A stretch of DNA of 64,000 nt, taken from the NCBI GenBank assembly GCA_963801815.1, contig CAWDGJ010000006.1, positions 32,001-96,000 of the forward strand, in the 5' to 3' direction. Below, piece after piece: positions 31,134-40,996 of the stretch; position 1 is the stretch's first letter, and every line of letters begins with the position of its first letter. Origin of the DNA: an uncultured Verrucomicrobiae bacterium (lineage in GTDB: Bacteria; Verrucomicrobiota; Verrucomicrobiia; Chthoniobacterales; UBA10450). The notes under the pieces are model-generated. The model saw nothing but the letters and a program-made list of their open reading frames with translations. It did not search any database and was not told the DNA's origin. A program made the translations under genes and the position numbers.

Positions 31134-32152
31134 AACGATGGCTGCGCTGCCGGACTCGACAGCAGCGTCTCCATAGCATCGATCACCGCTTCCGTCGAGA
31201 TTTGGTTCATAGGCAAACGCGGCTGCTTTGGCACGAATTCCATGACCGGCGATGACGATGTTCCCTGCAAGATCAATGCCGGACTTTCGCGCGGTCGCCA
31301 GTGGAACGGGTTCGTCGGCCCAAACAGGATCACTTGCGGTGTCCGCGTTCCCGCCGCGAGATGCATCGGCGCCGAGTCGACTGTGATTAACAGTCGGGCG
31401 CGAGAAATCAACGCCGCGAGCGTAAGCAAATCAGTCTTGCCGGAGAGGTCGACTATTTCCCGGCGAACGTTCGATTTGATATCGCCGATGTGCGTTCGTT
31501 CGAGAAGAGACGTTCCGCCGGTCAAGACAAGATCGAAGTCGTGGACGCCACCGGCGCGGTTGATCACCTCCGCCCATCTCTGTGCGTCCCAGAACTTTTC
31601 GGCCCTCGCGGATCCAGGATGGAAGATGATGAAAGGGCCGCGAATGTTTTGCGACTCCATCAATCGGACCACGGCTGCGCGACAGTCTTCCGGCAACCGC
31701 AACTGGATCGCACCCGGGGCATTCATGATTCCCATGGGCTGTAACAGGGCGAGATGATAATCGACCGTGTGCATGTCGCGCATGCGATGGGCGACAAACT
31801 CGTTATAAAATCGCGTTCGAAATTTCGAGCGCGCTTTGATCCGAAATGAAACGATCCTTTTTTTTGCACGCGAGAGCAGCGCCAGGAACGCGGAACGATC
31901 GTTCCGGGTAAAATCGACGCAATAATCGAATCCGCCGCGGGCGACTGCAGCGAGCGCTCCGAACCCCGCGAATCCGCGGCGCACCGCCAGAATCCGGTTT
32001 ACGCCTGCAATCGCCGGTTCGAGGGCCTTGCATTCGTCCGAGATCACAAGGGTCACGTGTGCGTCGGGAAATTTTTGCCGCACCGCCACGATCGCCGGCG
32101 TGGTGAGAATCAAGTCCCCGATACGCTTGAGTTGAATCAGTAGGATCTTCAA
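31130..32152 (-). CDS. GT9 LPS heptosyltransferase family protein
   Basis: KILLIQLKRIGDLILTTP, HPGS, DLSGKTDL, DSAPMHLA, LFGPT; probable TTG start at 32152. Confidence 0.88.
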   Translation of the reverse strand: MKILLIQLKRIGDLILTTPAIVAVRQKFPDAHVTLVISDECKALEPAIAGVNRILAVRRGFAGFGALAAVARGGFDYCVDFTRNDRSAFLALLSRAKKRIVSFRIKARSKFRTRFYNEFVAHRMRDMHTVDYHLALLQPMGIMNAPGAIQLRLPEDCRAAVVRLMESQNIRGPFIIFHPGSARAEKFWDAQRWAEVINRAGGVHDFDLVLTGGTSLLERTHIGDIKSNVRREIVDLSGKTDLLTLAALISRARLLITVDSAPMHLAAGTRTPQVILFGPTNPFHWRPRESPALILQGTSSSPVMEFVPKQPRLPMNQISTEAVIDAMETLLSSPAAQPSL

Positions 32153-32330
32153 TAGTTTGTAGCTGCGGCGCTCTATGACTGTCGCATTATTGTCAGGTTC
32201 TGCTTTGCTCGATCTCCAGATCGAAAATTTCACCGATGAACGGGCCAATCCCTCCATTTCTGTAAAAAAATCGGAAGGGTTGCGAACGTTTCATCGAGTC
32301 TACGAAGTCGGTCGGGCATGGAATCCATCA

Positions 32331-32355
32331 TGCGGCGGTCATAGACCGCCGCTAC
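32331..32355 (-). repeat. Single GTAG REP-like unit overlapping the GT4 stop codon
   Basis: Minus strand GTA-GCGGCGGTC-TAT-GACCGCCGC. Confidence 0.75.
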
Positions 32356-33550
32356 AGAGTTGGATGGCGCGTTCGTAAGCGCCTAACAAACGCATCCGGT
32401 AATGGTCCCACGTGAAATTCTCTACCACCCGCTGCCGCGCGGCTGCCCCCATGCTCGCGGCAATCTCGGGATGTCGATACAGGTGCTCGAGTGCCGTCGA
32501 GATGGCATCGACATCTCCAGGTTGAATGATGATTCCTTCCACGCCGTCGCGCACGACGTCGCCCGCTTCCCGCGTCGTGATCATCGGCAATCCGCACGCC
32601 GCCGATTCATAAATCGTTTTCGCGCTGCCCTCGAGTCGCGATGGAAAAACATAGACCGATCCCTGGTTCAGATAATTCTCGAGATCGCGCTTGAAACCGA
32701 GAACGCGAATATTGTCGCGCCAAAATTTCTTCAGGTATGGTTTGGCTTCGTCATGGACGCTGCCAAGCAGCCAGAGCTCCGCATCGCGCAGGTTCAATCT
32801 GTGCCAGGCTTCGAGCAAATGATGAATTCCTTTGCGCTCAATCAACGCGCCGGAAAAAATGGCGCGAAAAATTGGCGGCCGCGCGCCGGGCTGAAATCTT
32901 TCGGTATCAACACCGCGCGGTAGATAGAAGAGTTTTTCATCCGGAAAGTTTGCGGCACGAAACGATTCGGCGGCCTTTTCTGAAAGAACGACCACCAGGG
33001 TTGCGAGATCGTATTCTTCCAGAAACCTTTCCCGCTCCAGCAACAAGCGCGATTTCCACCTTCCTCTGACCTGTGACCTGTGACCTGTGATCTCTGATGT
33101 TTGTCCTCTGACCTCTGTCCTCTGGCTTCCTCGATGCCAGGTGGGGATTTCGATCAGCGATGGGATGTTCCTCCTTTTTGCGACTCGCAGCGTTTTCAGG
33201 CAATCTCCTGACCAACTGTGAAAAAAGTCATAGCGACCGGTTTCCAGGTGACGGGACGCAATCCAGTCGAGGTATTTTTTCTTCGCTCCATAATAATAAG
33301 GGCGTCCGACAAACGAGATCAGCCGGACCGGATGCCAGCGAAGCGATTGGATGAATTGCGCTGGGATTTCTTTCTGGCGATTGTCGTAGGCGACGGCTTT
33401 TCCGAGAAACTTTCCACGATAAGACGCGCGCAAAGCTTCAAAGGAATCGGTATCAAGCCCGTGGCCGCCGATTCGCGCGAAAATCGAGTAGAGCAAACTC
33501 TTTGGCAAGATACGGGGTGTGCCGACGGTGCCTGGTTGTTTTTGTGTCAT
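32339..33550 (-). CDS. GT4 family glycosyltransferase
   Basis: GVDTERF, G.LIERKG, FPSRLEG....YESAACGLP; start uncertain (33550 used). Confidence 0.88.
   Translation of the reverse strand: MTQKQPGTVGTPRILPKSLLYSIFARIGGHGLDTDSFEALRASYRGKFLGKAVAYDNRQKEIPAQFIQSLRWHPVRLISFVGRPYYYGAKKKYLDWIASRHLETGRYDFFHSWSGDCLKTLRVAKRRNIPSLIEIPTWHRGSQRTEVRGQTSEITGHRSQVRGRWKSRLLLERERFLEEYDLATLVVVLSEKAAESFRAANFPDEKLFYLPRGVDTERFQPGARPPIFRAIFSGALIERKGIHHLLEAWHRLNLRDAELWLLGSVHDEAKPYLKKFWRDNIRVLGFKRDLENYLNQGSVYVFPSRLEGSAKTIYESAACGLPMITTREAGDVVRDGVEGIIIQPGDVDAISTALEHLYRHPEIAASMGAAARQRVVENFTWDHYRMRLLGAYERAIQLCSGGL
33064..33126. repeat. Nine tandem heptamers (CTSTGAC-like) inside the GT4 CDS
   Basis: ctctgac ctgtgac ctgtgac ctgtgat ctctgat gtttgtc ctctgac ctctgtc ctctggc = 63 bp. 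Confidence 0.9.
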
Positions 33551-33656
33551 GTCGAGCGGAGTCGAGACATCTCTCATTATTTCTGAATCCTGAGTCATTT
33601 TCACCCCGATTTGGTCTGAAATATTCAGAGATTCCTCGACTTCGCTCGGAATGACA
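33545..33656. mobile_element. 112-bp MITE-like element with 30-bp terminal inverted repeats TGTCAT...ATGACA
   Basis: Left arm TGTCATGTCGAGCGGAGTCGAGACATCTCT matches the reverse complement of the right arm, TGTCATTCCGAGCGAAGTCGAGGAATCTCT, at 25/30 positions. Mobility is inferred. Confidence 0.7.
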
Positions 33657-33672
33657 AGAATGGTTAGAATTC

Positions 33673-34829
33673 ATGTCGAACGGCAAACTCAGGATCGCTT
33701 TCGCGCGTCGTGGCTATTCGCCGACCGGCGGTGCGGAGGCTTATTTGAAGCGGCTTGGCCAGGGGATTGCCGATCTTGGACACGAGGCGCAGCTAATCGT
33801 TACGAACGGGTGGCCGGCCAGCGAATGGACATTCGGCCCAATTTATCGCGTTCGCGCCGAATCGCCAATCTCGTTCGCCAATGAGCTCGAGGAACGTCGA
33901 TCACAAATCGAGTGGGATGTTCTAATGAGCCTCGAGCGCGTCTGGCGTTGCGATGTTTATCGCGCCGGTGACGGTGTGCATAAGGCCTGGCTCAATCGCC
34001 GCCAAAAATTCGAGATGCCGCTCCAACGATTCATTCGTGGAATAAACCGCAAACATCAGGACATTCTGAAGCTCGAGGCATCGCTTTTCGGGAAATCAGG
34101 CGCCGATCGCGTGATCGCCAATTCTGAAATGGTGAAACGCGAGATCGTCGACCTTTACGGTTATTCCGCGGATAAGATCGATATCGTTCGTAATGGTGTG
34201 CCGTCTGAAAGATTCCGGTTTGACCCCGCGCTGCGAGAGAAGTCCCGGTCGGAGTTGAGTATCAAATCCGATGAAATCGTGCTGCTCTTCGCTGGCTCGG
34301 GTTGGGAACGCAAAGGTCTTCGTTTTGCCATCGAAGCATTCGAGCTCTCTCAGGACCGCGGCTTGCGAATGCTCGTCGCCGGCCGGGGGGATGTGCGCGG
34401 TTACAGGCCGAAACGGTTTTTCACAAAGGAACCGGTGCGTTTTCTCGGAGAGGTAGCCGACCTTCGCCCGATCTACGCCGCGGCTGATATTTTCATTTTG
34501 CCGAGCATTTACGATCCGTTTTCAAACGCGTGTCTTGAAGCTCTCGCGTCTGGATTGCCGGTAATCACCACTCGCGATAACGGTTTTAGCGAGGTTATTG
34601 AAAACGACGTTCACGGTTCGGTTGTCGATCTTTCCGAGCAACGTCATTGCACTCCGCAATGCGATCCGGTTCTGGGCCGACGAACTCTCGTCGCTCGGCC
34701 GCGAGAGCGACAACCGCTGAGCGGGCAGGGCAGTTCGACATTTCAACGAATGTTTCCGCGACCCTAGGAATTCTGGTTCAGTCCGCAGCCAACAGGCCGT
34801 CGTCACGCGGATCGATGACGAACACCTGA
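33673..34829 (+). CDS. GT4 family glycosyltransferase (WaaG-like); two apparent +1 frameshifts near the 3' end
   Basis: GGAEAY, GSGWERKG, PSIYDPFSNACLEALASGLP. Removing one base at about 34632 and one at about 34686 restores ..NVIALRNAIRFWADESRR..RAGQFDISTNV... Confidence 0.8.
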
Positions 34830-35098
34830 TCGAGTCGCGCCATTCTGAAAATCGATCGAACGTCGTCGGTGATGCCGCTAAGGAGTAGCCGGCCACCGTA
34901 TTCCTGGACGTTTTGCAGGGCGTGAATCAGGACGGCTAAGCCGGAACTATCGATGAATGTGACTCCGGAAAGATCGACCACCACTTGCTTCGGACGTTTG
35001 GCGATTAGCGAAGTCAGTAATTGCTCTACATCCGGCGAAACGTGAAGATCAATCTCGCCGTTAAGCGAGAGCACGTTCGCCGAATCGAACAACGCCAT
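34778..35098 (-). CDS. STAS anti-sigma factor antagonist
   Basis: GEIDL, VVVDLSGVTFIDSSGLAVL, F.MARLD.VF. Confidence 0.9.
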   Translation of the reverse strand: MALFDSANVLSLNGEIDLHVSPDVEQLLTSLIAKRPKQVVVDLSGVTFIDSSGLAVLIHALQNVQEYGGRLLLSGITDDVRSIFRMARLDQVFVIDPRDDGLLAAD

Positions 35099-35165
35099 TC
35101 GATCCCAATTTGCAGCACAATTTGTTCCGAAACAGGACCTTAATGTTGCCGAACGTGACTTTAAT

Positions 35166-35486
35166 TTACTTCGCGGCCAGCGCCGTATCGACGTCCGGAT
35201 AAATCTCGAACACCTGATCGAGTCGCGCAATGTCGAATACGTGTTTCACGTCTTCCCGAACGCCGGCCAGGCCGAACCTGCCGCCGTATTGCTGAACATT
35301 TTGCATTCCTTCGATCAGCACGGCGAGACCGGAGCTGTCGACGTATGTCACTTTCGTGAAATCGACGATTATCTGTTTGGTTTTTTTCGCGATCAACGCG
35401 CGCAATGATTCCGCAACTGCAGGCGAAACGTGGAGGTCGATCTCGCCAGTGAGCGGCAATACATTTGGTGGTTGTTTTCGTGGCAT
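35166..35486 (-). CDS. STAS anti-sigma factor antagonist (tandem paralog)
   Basis: GEIDL, IVDFTKVTYVDSSGLAVL, FDIARLDQVFEIY. Confidence 0.9.
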   Translation of the reverse strand: MPRKQPPNVLPLTGEIDLHVSPAVAESLRALIAKKTKQIIVDFTKVTYVDSSGLAVLIEGMQNVQQYGGRFGLAGVREDVKHVFDIARLDQVFEIYPDVDTALAAK

Positions 35487-35538
35487 AGATTCAGAAAGTA
35501 GAGTAACTCGCATTGTTTTCCCCAAGATCGCCGGCCGA

Positions 35539-36262
35539 TCACCAGCCGAGCGTATTTATTAGACGGTCAACGTCGGAAAAATCATCAATCAAAATGTCGG
35601 GATGATGTTCTGAGAGTTTTTCACGACTCCAACTGCCCGTCGCCACGGCGATCGTGCGCGCGCCGAGCGCTTTCCCGCAGGCGATATCGCGGGGCGTGTC
35701 GCCGATGACGTCAATCTCATCCGCGGAAAATTCGCGGCCATGCTTCTCCTTTGCTCGTGCGCGGGCGAAGGGCCCGAGCTGGTTGCGGTCGTGATGATCG
35801 TCAGCGAACGCACCGAACTCGAAGAAATGCCAGACTCCGTAATGACCAAGCTTTAACCGTGCACCGCGGGAGACGTTGCCGGTCAACAACGCCAGCACGA
35901 CGTGTTTTCGCGTTTTCAATTTCTCGAGCAGCTCAAGAACGCCTGGAAGTAAATTGCCTTTGCGCCGCGGCAGTTCGAGGGAAAGAAAGTGCACGTAGCT
36001 GTCGAGGAACGCCGCGATGTTCTCCGCGGTTGTCGGAATTTGGTGCTTCTTCAAAATGCTGGTGACGATGCCTGAATCGGTCATGCCAGCGATCTCGATG
36101 TCGTCGGAGATCGTCATCGATTTTGAAACGCTCCTTCAAGGCGCGCTTGAGCGCCTCGACTCCGGCGCCGCCGGAATGAATCAGCGTGCCGTCGATGTCG
36201 AAAAGAAGTAGACGCTTCGTAATTGCGGATTGCCGATTGCGGATTGCGGATTTATTGACCAC
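35539..36262 (-). CDS. HAD-family hydrolase, split by one apparent +1 frameshift at about 36107
   Basis: Motif I LLLFDIDGTL in one frame; GMTD, LLTGN, VIGDTPRD in the next frame. Deleting one C gives DDDLDDIEIAG. Confidence 0.85.
36224..36251. repeat. Heptamer array at the HAD N-terminus
   Basis: tgcggat tgccgat tgcggat tgcggat. Confidence 0.85.
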
Positions 36263-36290
36263 GACTCGCGCAGATTAATGCGGATTAGTT

Positions 36291-36313
36291 GTAGGGCAAC
36301 CGCTCCGGTTGCC
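36291..36313 (+). repeat. Single GTAG REP-like unit
   Basis: GTAG-GGCAACCG-CTC-CGGTTGCC. Confidence 0.7.
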
Positions 36314-36468
36314 GTGTTTCAGGTTCACCATCGATCGTGTCTACCTCTACTTCCACCTCTCACGCTTAGCCTGGAAAGATGGACGAAGATGAACAGTAGG
36401 CGGAGAGGAACATTGCCTGCGTGCGGTCGTTGACCGCCTTGCCACCGCACCAGCATAGTGCGGCTTTC

Positions 36469-38266
36469 ATGGCAATCGAACTGACGCGCAACTTCTGCAT
36501 CATCGCGCACATCGATCACGGCAAAACGACGTTGTCGGATCGATTGCTCGAGAGCACGGGCACGATCCACGAGCGGGACAAGACAGGACCAGCTGCTCGA
36601 TTCAATGGACTTGGAACGCGAGCGCGGGATCACGATCAAGGCGCATCCGGTCGCGATGAAATATCGCGCGAAGGATGGACAGACATATCGATTGAACCTT
36701 CTGGACACGCCGGGCCACGTCGATTTTGCCTACGAAGTTTCACGATCACTGGCCGCGTGTGAAGGCGCTCTGTTGATTGTCGATGCAGCACAAGGCGTCG
36801 AAGCGCAAACCGTCGCGAATGTGCATCTCGCGCACAAGCAAGGGCTTACCATCGTACCGGTGATCAATAAGATCGATTTGCCCAACGCCGATGTCCCATC
36901 AGTGCACCGGCAACTGGAAGAGATTCTCGCAATCCCGTCAGAGGAAGCGATCCACGCCAGCGCAAAAATGGGGACCGGCATCGATGAAATTTTGGAAGCG
37001 ATCGTGCACCGGATTCCGCCGCCGAAAACGCCGACAGACGAAACGTTGCGTGCGCTGGTGTTCGATTCCGTGTTCGACGTTTATCGCGGTGTCGTTGGCT
37101 ACGTGCGCGTCGTGTCCGGAACGATGGAAGCGAATCACGCGATCAAAATGATGAGCAACGACGCGCGGTACGAAATCAAGGAAGTGGGTGTGTTCACGCC
37201 GAAGATGTTCGTCCAACCGGGGCTGAGCGCGGGGGACGTCGGTTATTTCATTGCCAACATCAAGACCACCGCCGACATGAAAATCGGCGACACGATCACC
37301 GATCAACGAAATCCAGCGAAGGTTCCGCTCCCAGGGTTCCAGGAAATTCATCCGATGGTGTTTAGCGGCATCTATCCGATCAATACCGGCGACTTCGAAC
37401 ACTTGAAAACAGCAATCGGGAAGCTGCGGTTGAACGACTCGGCGTTTATTTACACGCCGGAAAGCTCGGTCGCGCTTGGATTTGGATTTCGCTGCGGATT
37501 TCTAGGACTGCTGCACATGGAAATCATCCAGGAGCGATTGCGCCGTGAATACAACATGGACATCATTGCGACGAGCCCGAGCGTGGTCTACGAGGTTGTG
37601 ACAACGCGAGGTGAAACGCTGCTTATCGATAATCCCGCGCACTTGCCCGATCCGAGTCTAGTCAAAGAGATTCGCGAACCAATCGTGAAGGCGTATGTGC
37701 TTTGTCCGAACGAAAACATCGGCGACATCCTGCAATTGATTTTGGAAAAGCGCGGAGCGATGGACCACACTGAGACGCTCGATTCACGTCGTGTGATGCT
37801 TCACTGCGAGCTGCCGCTTAACGAGATCCTCGTCGATTTTAACGACAAGATTAAATCGATCACCCGCGGTTATGGTTCGATGGATTATGAACACGCTGGC
37901 TATCGGGCGGCGAAACTGGTGAAGCTCGATTTACTGGTCAACGGCGAACCGGTCGATGCGTTTTCGATGATTGTGCACAAGGATCGCGCGGAGGCGAGGG
38001 GACGCCAGCTCGCGGCGAAATTAAAGGAAGTCATTCCCCGGCAACTTTACCAGGTGGCGATCCAGGCGGCGATTGGCGGAAAAGTAATTGCGCGAGAGAA
38101 CGTTTCGGCCTTGCGAAAAAACGTAACCGCGAAATGCTACGGCGGCGACATCACCCGCAAACGAAAGTTGTTGGAAAAACAAAAAGAAGGAAAGAAGCGA
38201 ATGAAGAGCATCGGCAAGATCAACATTCCGCAGGAAGCCTTTATTGAGGTACTCAAAGCTCAGTGA
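36469..38266 (+). CDS. lepA: Elongation factor 4, split by one apparent +1 frameshift at about 36583
   Basis: [21 protein letters not shown] in one frame; [33 protein letters not shown] in the next frame. Confidence 0.95.
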
Positions 38267-38277
38267 CCTGAGCTTTG

Positions 38278-38416
38278 AAATGTCGAAATCCGAATGACGA
38301 ATGACAAAGGAAATCTCGAATGACTAAATCGGTAAGAAAAGTGCAACAAAGTTTTTCATTTTCGCTATTCGTGCTTGTTTCGACATTCGAAATTCGACAT
38401 TCGTGCTTAGGCATTT
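38278..38416. repeat. Inverted heptamer-array element between lepA and lepB
   Basis: Left gaatgac-type units, right gacattc-type units; 38367-38403 is 34/37 identical to 47461-47497. Confidence 0.85.
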
Positions 38417-38421
38417 AGCTC

Positions 38422-39627
38422 ATGTTCACTTCGCGCTACGTCAAACACAGCAAGCTATTGATGCGTCATGCCCAGAAATATCTGCGCTACAAACGTGATA
38501 CCCTGGACTCGGCGAACTACGACGAAGTCGGCGGCATGATCAGGCGGCTGCATGCGGCGTTGAAACAGCGCGATCGAAAACAGATCGAAGCCTGCGCTGA
38601 AGAGCTCGATGCCAAACTGCACCAGCTGACACCGGTGACGTGGGAATCCCACTGGCGCGAGAACGTCGAAGTCATCCTCGTCGCCATCGTGGTCGCAGTC
38701 GGGATCCGTTCCTATTTTCTACAGCCGTTCAAAATTCCAACCGGCTCGATGCAGCCGACGCTTAACGGAATTATCGGACGCCCAATGGCTGCGCCGCCAC
38801 CAAATATGTTGCGGCAAGTGGCGGAGTTCATCCTTCGCGGTCGAAATTACATCAACGTCGTCTCGCAGCAGGACGACCAGGTGCTGCAAATCGAGCAGAA
38901 GAAGTTTTTCTTTTTCTTCACCTGGTCGCGAATTATCTGCGAGCGTCAGCGTTTTCTGGTCTACTGTCCGCCGGATCAGCTCCGTGCGGATTTCAAAGTT
39001 GCCCCGGGCATTCAATATCGACGCGGCGAAGTGATTGCGCGCGGCGCGGTCGACACTGGTGACCAGGTTTTTGTCGACAAGTTCAGCTACAATTTCGTGA
39101 AGCCACATCGCGGTGACGTCATCGTTTTTCGGACGAAAAATATTCCCATGATTCCCGAAGATCCCGAGACGGGTGCTCCGTTTTACATTAAGCGATTGGC
39201 CGGATTGCCTGGCGACACACTGCGGATCCAGCCGCCGATGCTCTATGCGAACGATCAAGTCGCGCCAGGCTATGGATTCGGTCGGGTGATGAGCGCGAAG
39301 AATGGCTACCGCGGTTATTCCGATGGTCCACTCAACGTGAATATTTTAGAGCAACAGTTCCAGGAGGTTGTTCGAAACAAGGAGCGGGCGCTAAGAAGCG
39401 GATCGGATGCATCCCGGTTTCTGAAAGAGGAGCAGGATGTTCGCGCAAAGTTGGAATTTGCCGAGGGAAAGCGTCCGATCCCGCAAGGATCTTATTTCGC
39501 AATGGGCGACAACAGCTACAACAGCTTTGACAGCCGTTATTGGGGACCGGTGCCGGAAAAAAACCTCGTGGGGCGCGGACTGTTTGTTTATTGGCCATTC
39601 ATTCCGCACTGGGGACTCATTCGTTGA
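38422..39627 (+). CDS. lepB: Signal peptidase I
   Basis: FKIPTGSMQPTL (Ser), YIKRLAGLPGD (Lys), GDNSYNSFDSRYWG; follows lepA. Confidence 0.93.
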   Translation: MFTSRYVKHSKLLMRHAQKYLRYKRDTLDSANYDEVGGMIRRLHAALKQRDRKQIEACAEELDAKLHQLTPVTWESHWRENVEVILVAIVVAVGIRSYFLQPFKIPTGSMQPTLNGIIGRPMAAPPPNMLRQVAEFILRGRNYINVVSQQDDQVLQIEQKKFFFFFTWSRIICERQRFLVYCPPDQLRADFKVAPGIQYRRGEVIARGAVDTGDQVFVDKFSYNFVKPHRGDVIVFRTKNIPMIPEDPETGAPFYIKRLAGLPGDTLRIQPPMLYANDQVAPGYGFGRVMSAKNGYRGYSDGPLNVNILEQQFQEVVRNKERALRSGSDASRFLKEEQDVRAKLEFAEGKRPIPQGSYFAMGDNSYNSFDSRYWGPVPEKNLVGRGLFVYWPFIPHWGLIR

Positions 39628-39639
39628 ATGAAAGGCGCC

Positions 39640-39770
39640 AATTTCAAAATCCCAAATCCCAAGCTCCAATCAAATCCCAAAGTTCGATTACCTAAAGCAA
39701 CGCGATTGCTCCTTTGAAGTTTGATGATTGGAGTTTGCCTGGGGTTTGGTTATTGGGGTTTGGTGCTTTT
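39640..39770. repeat. Inverted heptamer-array element (AAATCCC / GGGTTTG type)
   Basis: aaatccc aaatccc aagctcc ... gggtttg gttattg gggtttg gtgcttt. Confidence 0.8.
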
Positions 39771-40977
39771 GCTGCCGCCGGTATTCGCGCTTGCTGAAAT
39801 CGGACACGACCTGTCGCGATGGTATCCGCTCGTCGGCTTTTTAGGCGGCTATATCATCGTTCTACTTTTTAATCCTATTCGCCTCGCGTTACGCGACGGA
39901 TTCCGGTGCATCCTTCGCTACAAACGGATTTGGGCTACCTTCGTCTTGCTCGGATTTGCCTATTCCGTTTTCCAGTTTTGGACGTTCACTCCGCTTGGAA
40001 GCCTGGCCGAAGTGGATCTCACGCAGATCTTCTCACTTGCGAACTGGCATTGGCCGACGTTCCTGGAGATTTGGCAGGAAGCACCGTTACCGGCATTGGA
40101 AGGTGTCGCTGGAATTTTCGATAACGCGACAACGACCTATCCGCTTTCGGCAATCGCGGCGGTCTTGATGTTACTGAACTGGCGCGGCTTGCACGGCGCG
40201 CTGGTGCGAGCGTTGCATAAGCGTTTTCGCGTTTTCGGTTATCTCCTCTATTTGATTTTGCTTTTCAGCGCGATCGCCGCCTTGCTCAAGCCGGTCATCT
40301 ATTGGGCGCTGCCATTATGGGGCGGACTCCTGCCGGCGGCGGAGTTATTACAAACGTCCGCCGGCATCGACGCGTTGGCATTTATCTTTGAATATCTCTT
40401 CGGCGTTTACATTCAGGTTTATCTGATTGCGGTCTGCTTCGCCTGGATCCGTGGATTAAGTTTCGAAGAAGGAGAACTGTTTCGCTTTGCGATGCGGCGG
40501 TTCAGTTATGTTTTGGAATGGGCAGGCATTGTCGTCCTAATCAGCACGTTGATCGTGCGTTTGCCCCTGCTGCTCGCCTATTTCATGAACATTCCCGATG
40601 TGCTGGATTATCTTCCGATCGAACGTGTGGTCATGTGCGCCTTGATCATCGCTTTTAGCTCAGTCCAGATCTCGCTCGCATTGCATAATGAGACGCTGCG
40701 CGAAGCAATCCGCGCCCATCGCGATTTCATTAAGAATAATTTTGGTCGCTTCAGCTGGTTCCTCCTCATTTGCGGCATCCACTTTTTCATTTTGACGGTG
40801 GCGGACGCGATCGTGCGCGGCGCCATTGCCGATCGCGTCGTTGCAATGATCATCTGGAAATCGCTATTTGTTTTTGGGCGCGGCTTTGTGACCGGCTGGT
40901 TGCTGGCTTCCTGGGTCTGCCTGTTCCGGCGCGGTGAAACCGGTCACGTCTATCAACAAACCTGGATTGAATATTAG
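39721..40977 (+). CDS. Hypothetical multi-pass membrane protein (start uncertain, possibly about 39769)
   Basis: Long ORF with about 9 hydrophobic helices; the first 16 codons overlap the repeat arm. Confidence 0.75.
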   Translation: MMIGVCLGFGYWGLVLLLPPVFALAEIGHDLSRWYPLVGFLGGYIIVLLFNPIRLALRDGFRCILRYKRIWATFVLLGFAYSVFQFWTFTPLGSLAEVDLTQIFSLANWHWPTFLEIWQEAPLPALEGVAGIFDNATTTYPLSAIAAVLMLLNWRGLHGALVRALHKRFRVFGYLLYLILLFSAIAALLKPVIYWALPLWGGLLPAAELLQTSAGIDALAFIFEYLFGVYIQVYLIAVCFAWIRGLSFEEGELFRFAMRRFSYVLEWAGIVVLISTLIVRLPLLLAYFMNIPDVLDYLPIERVVMCALIIAFSSVQISLALHNETLREAIRAHRDFIKNNFGRFSWFLLICGIHFFILTVADAIVRGAIADRVVAMIIWKSLFVFGRGFVTGWLLASWVCLFRRGETGHVYQQTWIEY

Positions 40978-40996
40978 CTGGGGCGAATCTTAAATC

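Noticed and set aside
29193..31865. A8/T8 runs in the PHP (29193-29200) and GT9 (31858-31865) genes as phase-variation sites
   Set aside because: Both genes are in frame and the runs are explained by Phe-Phe and Lys-Lys codons; no further support.
36469..38266. lepA as a pseudogene or programmed frameshift
   Set aside because: One extra base, no slippery motif, rest intact, and neighbours show the same kind of error; a sequencing error is more likely.
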